Shown: positions 45,633-56,300 of the stretch, in pieces
Position numbering within the stretch: position 1 is the stretch's first letter
Layout of the letters: every line of letters starts with the position of its first letter
Origin: Cyanophora paradoxa CCMP329
Lineage: Eukaryota; Plantae; Glaucophyta
Assembly (NCBI GenBank): GCA_004431415.1
Contig: QPMI01000080.1
Location: 4,094-68,093, forward strand
DNA length: 64,000 bases
Reading direction: 5' to 3'
The notes under the pieces: model-generated
Seen by the model: only the letters and a program-made list of their open reading frames with translations
Told to the model about the DNA's origin: nothing
Databases searched by the model: none
Made by a program: the position numbers and the translations under genes

Positions 45633-47936
45633 ATGATGAGCTCGAAGTCATCGCAGAAACGAGCTCGGGATGCCGATCCGGCGGCGCCCGCGGCCGCGGC
45701 CGCGCCCGTGCACGTTGGCGGCTCCGACGTCGACACCTCCGAAGACGGCGAAAACTTCATTTGCGCTCTCCCCGACGTACTCCTGGAGCGCATTTTCGGC
45801 GAGCACCTCGGCGCAGCCGAATCGTGGCGAGCCGCAAGGCCGACCTGCCGGCGACTGCGCGCCATCGTGGAAAGCACATCAATATCATTCGAGTCGTTGG
45901 CGGCCTCGGGGAGCCGGGCGGAGGCGTTCGAGGCGCTGGCGGCGGTCATTCGGAGCGGCAAGCTGCGTCTGCGCCGCGGCGGGACAGCTTCGGTCGCTCT
46001 GGAGGTCAGCCAGCCTATAGCTAGCGACGTCGATGATCTAGATCTGGAGGTGCGCGGCAACTTCGTCGGGCTCGCCATGTACGACGCGCTGCGGGCGTGC
46101 ACGGTGGCGACGGGCGGCCTGAAGGCAGCATCCGTGTTCTTCAGAAGCGGGTGCCTCTTACCCAGGTCAGACCGCACTGGCGTACTTCGTGCGTTTGCAA
46201 ATCAGGACGGCTTGCAATTTAAATTAATTTGCAAGTGCTTTTTCCACAGAGAAAGCGAGAGGAGAGATTTTCGCGGCTTCAACATGGCGACCGCGCACAT
46301 TCTCGGCGTCCTCTTCGCCCTTCGGCCGCCGCCATCGGCGTCCAGCCCCGTCCGCAGCATCAGCATCAGTTGTGGTGGCAAGCGCTGCGCAATGTCGGAC
46401 CCCTTCAGTCTCGCTCCGGGCACTCTGCTGCAGGCTCTCTCGCCCTTCTCCGGCCTGCAGTCACTGGTCCTGCCGGACTTTTTCGAAGTGGATGGGGAGC
46501 TCGCGGCCGAGATCGCGCGGGCCTGCCCCGCGCTCCGCAGCATTGTGCTCTTTTTCCACGATTTCGCTCTCACGAATCTCGGGGACCTCGACGGCCTCGA
46601 AGAGCTGCGAAAGTGGCGCCCCTCGCCATGGCTCTTCGGAGCTATAAACGGTTCGATGAACGGGTACCAATATTGCGGCGACGACATTTTCTTTCCGGCC
46701 TGCGAAGACGGCCTCCTGCCGCTGTTCAGTGCTGCCGGCAACACTCTTCGCGTCCTGGGCGACCGGTGTGCATTATACAATCAATATTATAATTAGTTAT
46801 ATTCGGTCGGAAATAATCTTAAATATATTTATGATTTATGATTAGCGATCTCCCATGGCCACTCCGCTTCGAAATTCACCGCGCGTGCGCACATGTACAG
46901 CGCGGCTCGGACCGATTTCGCGGCGGATCCCTTCCAGTGGGGCGAGAACCGCCGCCTGGCGCGCGCACCGGCCATTCTCGACCGCGAGGTGCTGAAAGAG
47001 CTGCGGGGCCTCCCGCGCCTCCAACGCCTGGACTTCGCGGACGGCCTGCTGATCCATGTGCGTGTACGCTTATAATTATACATGTTGACGTCTAGCTATA
47101 TATAGATATGCGCCGGCGCCTCCGGTATCGACATCGACGTGCACATTATTTTTGTGTTTTGATTAAATTGGAGCGTGCAGCGCGCGCGGAAGGCGGTGGC
47201 GGCGCTGGGAGATTGCCCCGCCCTGGAGGAGCTCTCCGCCTGTGTTGTGGTCGACGCCGACGCCCACGTCTCCGGCATGCACGGTCTTGCGGACGCCCTT
47301 GAGCGCTCTGCGAGCCTGCGCCACCTCGACCTCTACTTCGGTCCCCCACTTCTTATTTAATTCTTCACTCGTCTTATTTTTCTCTCCTGATCGGCGGCCG
47401 CAGAAATCGACACGAAGGCGACGTACTCGCCCGCGGACCTAGGCCTGGAGCGGATCATTCAGGCCCTGGAGCGGCTCCTGCGCGCCGCGGCGCCCGTCCT
47501 CCGCTCCTCCCGCGTCGACCACAAGGACCCCGGGGACTACACGCTCCCCAACGGGACTTTCGCGGCCGCCCTGACGGCCGCCGGCCCGCTGGGCGCCGAG
47601 CTCGCCGAGGCGTACGCCTCGGACCCGAAGGAGCGCCCGCAGTGGCGCCGCTCCGGCAGCCGCGTCCTTGCCGGATCGATATCGGCGGGCGCAGGCGCGG
47701 CCACGGCCGCGGCTGCGGGCACAGGAACCGGTCCCAGCGCTAGCGCTAGCGCTGCCCCAGAGCTCGAGCCCATCGATATCGACATCGCGAGTGCCGATCG
47801 CGATGAGGTCGACGTCACTGATCAAGAGGAGGACGTCGACTCGGACTCAGCTGCAGCTGAGAGCTCAGGCGAGAGCGATCGCGAGGAGTACCAGAAGTGG
47901 ATATCTCGACAATCGAGATCAGCGTATTATTACTAA
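45633..47936 (+). CDS. F-box / LRR protein with acidic tail
   Basis: F-box FICALPDVLLERIFGEHL...ARPTCRRLRAIV. LRRs LQSLVLP, CPALRSIVL, LPRLQRLDF, CPALEELSA, LRHLDLYF. Last exon 47404-47936 is open to SAYYY*. Introns are unusually AT-rich. Confidence 0.78.
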
Positions 47937-48679
47937 TGCGCATGCGAAGCCGCTATATAGTATATCCATGCGAATGAGCCTCGGAGGTGTCGACGTCCAT
48001 GATCCATCTGTGTCAGCGTGTACAGAGTGGCATGGCTTAGATTATAGAGCGCCTTCGAATTCCCGGAGGCTCTAGCTAACTAGGCATAGCTACAGCTGCA
48101 GCTCACTTCGGCGTCCACATCTGCTTTCCACCTTAGTCCTTGGATAGTCACTCCCTTCGTAGGATCTTTCTTGTACTGCAGCTCTAGAACTATCCCCTGG
48201 GGTAGCTTCTCCAGCCACTTCCACATCCCAGCTCCGCCCGGCCCGGTCCGATGTCCGAAAGGCTGAGCTCTAGTCCCGTAGGCTCATCTCTCGACTTGAC
48301 ACAGATGGACACCTCAGTTGTATATATATCTCTAGCCATTAATTTGTCTCGGTGTGTGCGAATTCATTTCTTGTAAATCCATCTGTGTCATGATCTTGAT
48401 ATGGACGACGTGCCAAGCTTAAGAGCTCAGCCCAAGAGCTCAGCCCATCGATATATATCGACGACGTGAGCTCAGACTCTGATCATGAGACGAGAGCGCT
48501 AGCGAGGCGGACATCGATGAGCCCGAGTGGGATCCTGTGGCTTCTGAGGATTGAACTTCGTAAAATTGCACGATATATATATCGTTTTCGGTAAATTACG
48601 TATACGCACTACGGTACAGATCTAGACATGTGCACGTGGCCATAATAAATGCATGGGCAGGGGCACATGCGGCACTGCG

Positions 48680-49090
48680 GCAGATGTAGAAGCAAAAACT
48701 AGGACAAGAACGCAGCTGCAGAAAATACTAAGACGTCGACCGTCGGAAGAATTCGAAGAGATAGACAGAGAACAAGCAGAGACACGTGCTCGAGATCTCG
48801 AGATCTAGCTATATAGAGGCCGAGCTCGAGCTCGAGAGAGAAAACAGCAGGTGAAGCCGGCGAATTAAAGGAGAACAGAAGTGAGAAAGATATCGATAAT
48901 TCAATGCATATGATTCACAGGAAGCAGACAATGCAAGTTATAATTAGAGGAATCATTGAATACCAAAAACAAAGCTTGAGGTCAAGCTACAATTAAGCCT
49001 GCGTGCGCGTGGTCGATCGACGTCAAGCCTTGATCGAAGATCCTGCAGCTAGCTGCTGCGTGCAGTAAGGTGCGCGCGCGCAAACATACC
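48680..49090 (+). repeat. Purine-rich dispersed repeat family, copy B
   Basis: Colinear with 44620-44835 and 45250-45510. AAAATACTAAGACGTCGAC is also matched by the inverted copy near 52855-52875. Confidence 0.7.
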
Positions 49091-49229
49091 TTGCAATTGC
49101 AAATATTAATAAAATATCACAGCGAATATCAAATATCACACACCTTGCAAATAAAATATCACAGCGAAACCGCTTTCATTTCGAATTCGCCCAAGCTCAT
49201 TTGCGAAGTTGCGAGCAGGGCGTCGACCG

Positions 49230-50471
49230 CGGCGCACGCGCACGATGAGGGCACGTGCACGGGTGAACATGCGGGGGGTACGCACTGCGACGGCCAAGGG
49301 CGGGCGCAACATATGAGGCCGGCCCGAGTGGGTGATCTGCTGCGAGTCCAGCTCCCGGAGTACCCCCTCAAAGGCCAGCGAGAAGGAGGCGGCGGGGAGG
49401 GGGTCCCCCGGCTGCAGGCAAGGGTGGTGGGCACGTGCACAGGTCCGAACGCGTGTGCGGAATCGTTCGTGCGATAGGGCTGCCGAGAGGCTGCGGCGGG
49501 GGGTACGTCGGCTGCAGACGGAGGGGAAACGGCAGGGGGGGGGGGGGGGAAATGGGGGCACACACGTCCCGAGCTTGAGGCGGAACCCGTCGGCGTTCAG
49601 CTCTCTGCCCCAGAAGGCCTAGGGGCGCGGGGCCGTCGACGGCAACGACGCCGAGAGCTGGAGAAAGGCGTCAGGGGTACGGAGTTTCGGGGGGTACGGG
49701 GGCTGACCCGGATTGGCTCGAGCTCCTGGACGGAGCCGCTGGGGAGGTTGAGGCAGGGGCGGAGGGTACCACCTCGAAGCGGACAGAGGAGGCTGGGGAG
49801 GCGGAGCCGGGCGCCGGCGGCGGGGGCCGGGGCGCCAGGGCCGCGGGTGGCTGCTGGGGGCCCGAGGCGGGACGGGCGCCGCCGCCGCCTCCGGAGGGGC
49901 CGGGGGGCTTCGGCGGCCTGCTTCGGGGCCCGGGGGGATGGACGGCGGGCCGAGCTGCCGCGGGGACTGCCGGTGTGGCGCTCGAGGGGCCACGCGCCCT
50001 CCTCCCGCCCGTGCAGCAACACTTGCTTGCAATTGGCCGAGGACCTCGTCCACCTTCCGCGCCGGCCCGCGGCCGGCGGTCAGGGCGCGCTCGCGGCGCA
50101 CCGCGGGCCGCGTCGGCGCGTGCCTGCGACCAGCTGAACGCCATCGTCGAGAGCCGGTGCAGCCGCGCAACATCCGGCGCCGGCGCGCCGCCCTCGACGG
50201 CGGGCGCGGAGCGGTTCTGGGCCGGCGCCCCGCCGAAACGTGCACGTGGGCCCGAGGCGCGGCAAAAGATGGCGGGGCGGGCCGCACCTCGGGCGTGGCT
50301 GTCTCGAGCTCGAGGAGGCGAGGCTAGGTACTCTAGCGCCGCTCGCCGTACGCGTTTCCGCCCGTCTGCGCACGCTCGGGTCGCCCTGGGGCGCGCGCGC
50401 CGTGTCGTGTGAGTAGCCGTCGAGCAGCAGCACGAGGCCGAAGCGGCGGCGGAAGGCACGCGCTCCGGCAT
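49230..50471 (-). CDS. Hypothetical spliced Pro/Arg-rich protein
   Basis: Exon-like blocks bounded by GT/GC-AG (VARLHRLSTMAFSWSQ, VDEVLGQLQASV, FSLAFEGVLRELDSQQITHS). No family recognised; ends uncertain. Confidence 0.3.
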
Positions 50472-50658
50472 GCCTAGCGGTGCAGCGGGAGAATGTCGCG
50501 TGCCGGCACGCCTTTGGCTTGCCGTCCTCGCGCTGCAGGAAGCAGGAGAACAGGAATGTCGCGTGCTGGCACGCCCGGCGGCCTCGCGGTGCAGGAAGCG
50601 GTCAGGCACATAGCGGACATAGCGGTCGGGGCGGGGCTCTGCACTGGAATAATGCAAA

Positions 50659-50730
50659 GCGCACATAGTCCAACGGTTAGGATATTGCCCTTCCAAGGCA
50701 GTGACCCGGGTTCGACTCCCGGTGTGCGCA
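50659..50730 (+). tRNA. trnG-UCC: tRNA-Gly(TCC)
   Basis: Acceptor stem GCGCACA/TGTGCGC with discriminator A. Anticodon arm TTGCC-CT-TCC-AA-GGCAG. T arm CCGGG-TTCGACT-CCCGG. 72 nt, no intron, no encoded CCA. Confidence 0.96.
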
Positions 50731-50738
50731 TACCCCCC

Positions 50739-50764
50739 TTTTTTCGACCGGGGGTCCCTTTTTT
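50739..50764 (+). terminator. RNA polymerase III terminator (two T6 runs)
   Basis: TTTTTT at 50739-50744 and 50759-50764, just 3' of the tRNA. Confidence 0.75.
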
Positions 50765-50799
50765 CGACTGGGTTGGCCGCGGTCACCGGTTTTGCAACC

Positions 50800-51600
50800 G
50801 AGCCCCGCGCGGGCCGCGCCGGCCGCAGTGCGCCGTGCATGCACGCGTGGAACTTCGGAACTTCCCGGCGCCGCCGGGCTGAGGGTTTTTCTTCCTGTCG
50901 TTCGTCTTCGCCTGACGCCGGGAACAGCGGCGGGCGCCCTCGCGCTTCGAATTCTAGATCTCCGCATCGCGGTGTGCAACGTGATCATGAGGCCCTCTGA
51001 TGGCCTCTCCGACGGTGCGCGGCGCGCGCGCCCGGGATGCGCCCCCTTCTCTTAAATTTCTCGAGCCCCGCGCGCGCGGGCCGCGCGGGCCGCGCGCAGG
51101 GCGCCGTGCATGCACGCGTGAAATTTCGGAACTTCCCGGCGCCGCCGGGCTGAGGGTTTTTCTTCCTGTCGTTCGTCTTCGCCTGACGCCGGGAACAGCG
51201 GCGGGCGCCCTCGCGCTTCGAATATTAATTCTCCGCATCGCGGTGTGCAACGTGATCATGAGGCCCTCTGATGGCCTCTCCGACGGTGCGCGGCGCGCGC
51301 GCCCGGGATGCGCCCCCTTCTCTTAAATTTCTCGAGCCCCGCGCGCGCGGGCCGCGCGGGCCGCAGGGCGCCGTGCATGCACGCGTGAAATTTCGGAACT
51401 TCCCGGCGCCGCCGGGCTGAGGGTTTTTCTTCCTGTCGTTCGTCTTCGCCTGACGCCGGGAACAGCAGCGGGCGCCCCCGCGCTTCGAATTCGAATTCTC
51501 CGCATCGCGGTGTACAACCTGAGGCCCTCTAGATCTGCTGGCCTCTCCGATGGTGCGCGGCGCGCGCGCCCGGGATGCGCCCCCTTCTCTTAAGTTTCTC
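50800..51600 (+). repeat. ~263-271-bp unit x3 diverged tandem repeat
   Basis: Units start at GAGCCCCGCGCG at 50800, 51063 and 51334. They share the core TTCGGAACTTCCCGGCGCCGCCGGGCTGAGGGTTTTTCTTCCTGTCGTTCGTCTTCGCC and differ by short palindromic insertions. Confidence 0.95.
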
Positions 51601-51879
51601 CATCCTGAGCCCGAACTGCGTTCGCCCGCGCTCAGACCTGACGGCGTTGCGCGCCGGCTCGCTCGCGCACCCGCTCGCCTCCTCCGTCTCTTACTTACGC
51701 TTCGGTCTATGAACCGCTAGCGCTGGCGGCCTGCAGCTGGTGCACGCGCGTGAGCTCAAGCTCGAGCCCCGCGCGGCCGGCGCCCGGCGGGGCGCAGCAT
51801 GTGCACGCGCGGAACTATAGGTGCTGAGGATCTGGAATTGGTTTTAATTTGCGGCTACCATGCATATGGCCTCGGCTCC

Positions 51880-52925
51880 CTCCTCGCCTCTAGATCTTCC
51901 GTAGACCCTAGGCCTGGACTCTCCGCCTGCCACTGTCTACGGGGTACCTCCGCCGCCGCGTTCGGCGCCGGCTGTCAGTACTTTGCTCGGTAGCTCCCCC
52001 GTTGTGGCTCCTCGGGGGGCCTCTTCGTCGTCGTCGTTCGCTGGGTTCCGGCTCCGGGTCAGATATCGATTTCTCGCCGGGCTTACCTTCTCCTGGCTCT
52101 GCTCCTGGGCCCTCAACTCCGGGACCGGCTTCCCCGATCTCCTCCCGGACTCGTGGTCGTACCCGTCGCCGGCTTGCCGAGCCTGCGTCTCCTTCTACTT
52201 CCCTCCGGCGGTTTGCCGGGCCGGACCCTCCGGCCTTTGTTCTTGATCCCGGACGTCGACTGCCGCCTTTGCCTTCGTCTTCTGCTTCGCTGGTCGTATC
52301 CCGCCGGCGCCGGCGTACTTCGTCTTATAGTTTAGTTCGAATTCGGTCTGGTTCGGATTCTGATCGTAGTGTTGATGCTAGAGTTAGTTTCAATACTAGC
52401 TATAGTCCTCGTGCTCGACCTGTTGTTCGCCGTCGTTTGCAGTTCGACTGCCCGCCTCGACCCCGGCCGGCTTTAGTGATTCCTTTGAGTGTCCTTTTGC
52501 CTGCTCTTGATCCGCCTGCTCCGCCTCCTGTGTCCTCGTCGACCTCGTGCCGTAGCTCTGCCCTTTCGCATCGTCCTGCTTCGCCTCCGCCTCCACGTCG
52601 TCTTGTTGTTCCTCTTACTTATCTGCTTCCTGTTCTTTATCTTTCTCAATTTTGTCCTCCGCTTCTTAGTGATGTAATTCCTTCCGATATTGATGGTATC
52701 TCTATAGTTAGCTCTGGCTCTTCTTCGTGTCAGTCATCCTCTGTCCCTAGATCTGCTCGATTTATCTACTCTTCTCGATCTGTCTTGAGCTCTGTGTCTT
52801 TTCTTTTTTATTGTCAATTTAGGCTCTTTGTCTTATCTTTCTTCGTGCTCTTGTCGACGTCTTAGTTATTTTGCTTTTTTGTCTTTATGCCCCCTGGGCT
52901 GCCCCCGCAGTGCTGGTGTCTAGAG
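51880..52925 (-). repeat. Purine-rich dispersed repeat family, long inverted copy C (probable non-autonomous element)
   Basis: Strong strand asymmetry (C/T-rich plus strand). The minus strand contains AAAATAACTAAGACGTCGAC and TGAGAAAGATAAAGAACAGGAAGCAGATAAG, matching copies A and B. Confidence 0.6.
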
Positions 52926-53140
52926 ACTGTGGCCCGTAATTCACCAAAAACAAATAGAGCTGTGCATGCACATGGTGCATATATGCATATGCATGCTCAA
53001 TTATAAGCTTATATATGGCTCGACGCGGTAGCGTCATGATCATGGCGTCGACGTCGACGTACGCGTCGGTCAACGTCGTAACCTGGAGCTCAGTAAATCT
53101 ACTTCACTATTCGAATCTAAAAAGCGATCAGGCACTCCTG

Positions 53141-53301
53141 AATTACGAGATAATGCTCAGCGGAAGACGAAATGCTGGGGATGTCAGCCCAGCGGCTAGC
53201 GCTGGCAACGTGACACTGACACATTGCACGGAATCTAAAATTACGAGATGATGCTCAGCCGAAGACGAAATACTGCGAAGGTCAGCTCAACGGCTAGCAA
53301 C
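53141..53301 (+). repeat. ~65-bp diverged direct duplication
   Basis: AATTACGAGAT(A/G)ATGCTCAGC(G/C)GAAGACGAAAT(G/A)CTG...CGGCTAGC at 53141 and 53239. Confidence 0.85.
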
Positions 53302-53341
53302 CGAAAACTGCGGCGCGTGACACGACCGGACTTCGGCGGGA

Positions 53342-56300
53342 CTACAAATTGCATAGGCCGGCCGGGGACGACCCCTGCAGCGCCGCCTGCGTGGGGGTAG
53401 AGCGGGAAGGCAGCCAGCGGCTGAGGAGCCAGACGAGCTCGAGGCGGCGCGTGGGCTTGGCGCCGTACTCCTGCGGCCCGTACCCCTGCTCACACCCGGG
53501 GGGGGGGGGGGGGGGGGGGGGCGCGGCGCACCGTGATGCCGGATTCGACGCAATGCGCCCGTTCCCTGCAAATGCAAGGCCGTTCAGCTCTCTAACGAAC
53601 GGATTTCGGGGGGCCGGATGCGCACTCTGGGAGGGGCAGGGCGGCGAGGGCGAGGAGCGAGGCGGCGCCCCGGCCCGAGGCGGCCTCGGCGGCGCGGATC
53701 TGCCGCGCGGCCGCGCACGCGCCCTCCAGGTCGTCCCCGTCCAGGAAGACGCTGCCGTTCGGAAAATGAGAGCGAAGCCCGAGTCGAATCGAATTCAGGG
53801 GGTACGCGCACATGTCGAAGGGGTCGCCCGCGGCGGGGGCGGCGGCGGGGGCGAGGCGGTTCCCCGCGACGGCCTCGACGCGGGCGCCGAGGGAGAGGAG
53901 CGTGGCGCGCTTGAACTCGCGCGAGGCGTCGTCCGTCTCGGCGAGGAGGACGCGCGGGGCGCGGGCCGGGGGCGCCGCCGGCGCCGCCGGCGCCGGCAGA
54001 TCTCGATCGCGGAGGGCCAGCGAGGAGACGGAGCCGAGGAGGATGGCGTCGAGGGAGCGCCGGGCGACGTTCTCGGCTCCCGGCGGCAGCCCCGACAGCT
54101 CCCCGTGCGACCGCGGCCGCAGGCGCTCCCGGCTCAGCACGCGCCGCACCGTCGCCGTCGCCACCGCCACCGCCGCCGAGGCCGCCGCCGCCGACGCCGC
54201 CGCTGTTTCCGACGGTGAAGCCGCCGGCAACGGCGGCGGGGTGGCGGCGTTGTCGCGCGTGGCGGCCAGGGCGGCGGCGGCGGCGGCAGCGAGCGGGGCC
54301 TGGGCGGCGGGGGGCGGGCCCTCGCGCGGGCCGGAGCTCCGCCCGCGCCAGCGCTCGAGCGCCGCTTGGAGCTCTGCTTTCCTCGCCGGCTTTGTGAGGT
54401 ACGCGTCCTGCGCGCGTGAGCGGCGCGTGAGCGGCGCGGCGGCGGCGGCGGCGCGGCGCGCGGCGAGGGACGGCGGACCATGCCGCTGGCCAGGCACTGC
54501 TCCGCGTACTCCTTCGAGGCGTTAGCCGTGAGCGCCTGCAGCAGCGAACGAAGTCAGTCGGGGGCGGCAAACGAAGCCGAGGGGCGCGCGCGCGCGTGCG
54601 CGCGCCACGATGGGGAGGCCCGGGCGGCGCAGCTCCCACTCCCAGGCCCGGACGAGGGCGGCCGCCTCAAGCCCCCCGCACCGCGGCATCTCTGCGCGGC
54701 CGCTCAGAGCAGAGTCGAGCGGAGCGGAGGCGGCGCAGCGACTGGGGGAGCCGTGGGCGCGCGCGCGCGCACCGCAGTCCATGAAGACGAGCGCGTAGGG
54801 CCGGTGGGCGGGGCCCGGGGCCGAGGCCCGCGCCGCCCCCTCCCAGTCCCGAGCCACCTTCTCGAGGGCCTCAACCCCTATACCCCCCCGCCCGCCCGGC
54901 GCTGAGGGGCGACGGCGAGGCGGGGGCGGGGACGGAGGCGGGGGCGGGGGTGGAAGGGGGTACCGTCACTCGCAACGTCCACCTCGCAGCCGGCTGCCGG
55001 AGCGGGAGAGGAGGGGGCAAGGGTCGGCGCCCGCAGCGCGCCGGGCCGAGCCGGAACGCGGGGCGGGCGGGGCGGACCCTGCTGCAGGAACTTGGTCGCT
55101 ATGATCGCGTTGACTGCGGGAGCGCGCGGGGCGGGCGGGGCGGGGGCAGGGCGGGGCGGTGTGGGCCTCAGCGCGGTTGGGCGCCAGGCCGCGCTCGCTT
55201 CGCTCTTGGCACTCACCCGCGTTGTCCTCTGCGCGGCTCGGGTGAGCGCTCAGGTGAGGCGGGGGGCGAGGTTGGGTGGGTACCGGCGAGGAGGACCCGG
55301 AGCTTCGCGGCCGGCGCAGGATCGTGCCCTGGAGCGCCGGGCACCGCTGCCGCGGGAGGGGCGGCGTCACGGAAGGACGGGCGAGGGGGCGGAGGGCGTG
55401 CGTACCCGGGGCGGCTGAGGCGGCGGCGTTGGCGTCGGCGGCGGCCGGGGCCGGGAGGGGCGTCGCGCCGGGGGCCGGGGCGCCTCGAGGGCGGCCGCAA
55501 GTGCGAAGAGGACGCGGCGCTGCTGCAGCGGCTGCGCGGCGCGGCGCGTCGGCGGAAGCGGCCTTCAAGGGGCGTGGGGCGAGGCGGGGGCGGGCCTGCG
55601 AGAGGACGGAGCCGAAGCAGCGGGAGACGGCGGCGCGGGAGGCGGGCGACGAGAGGAGCGCAGCCGGGCCGACCACGAGCACCGCCGGCGGGAGCGGCCT
55701 GCCGCCGCCGCCGCCCGCAGCGCCTCCGCAACGCTTTCGGCGTCGTCTGGCCCCCGGCAGCTCGGGCGGGGCGGGGCGGAGCGGCGGGGACGGGCCGCGC
55801 GGACCGGTTTCGGCGCAGCCGTCGACGAGGAGGGCGTCGAGGCCGGGGGGCAGGGCGGCGAGGAAGGCGGGGCCGGGCCCGGGTACGCGGTGTGGCCCAG
55901 CGACTGGAGGATGCGCGAGGCGGCGGCGACGACGGGGCGGGAGCCCAGGACGCCGACGCGGGCGGCCCGGCCCCGCAGCGCCTCGCGGAGCGGGTCCTGC
56001 CCGCCCACGGCGGGAGCCCCCGGGACGGCCCCGAGGGCCACGCGGAAGCGGAAGGCCGTCCCGACGCCGAGCTCGCTGCGCCCCGCGGTCAATCAACGAA
56101 GAAGTCTCATGGTGGATCAATATAAAATCACATGGTGGCTCTTTTATAGGAACCGATCATTGCACACAAACCACGTTCTATGGGGCGCGGGGCGCGGGGC
56201 GCGGGGCGCGGGGCGCGGGGCGCGGGGCGTGGGGCGCGGAGCACCTCTCGACGGCGATCTCGCCGGCGCCGAGGGCGGGGGCGAGCTCGGGCGGGCCCCG

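Noticed and set aside
44560-48900. Cloning-vector polylinker contamination (many EcoRI/XbaI/SalI/SacI sites)
   Set aside because: The sites are scattered and nested within native repeats and explained by X-X'-X insertions; no vector backbone is seen.
50800-51600. CRISPR-like array
   Set aside because: Whole ~270-bp units repeat with no unique spacers, no cas genes are present, and the context is eukaryotic.
52002-52865. 287-aa Ser/Pro/Leu-rich ORF
   Set aside because: It arises from the pyrimidine-rich strand of a dispersed repeat, has no ATG start and no domain.
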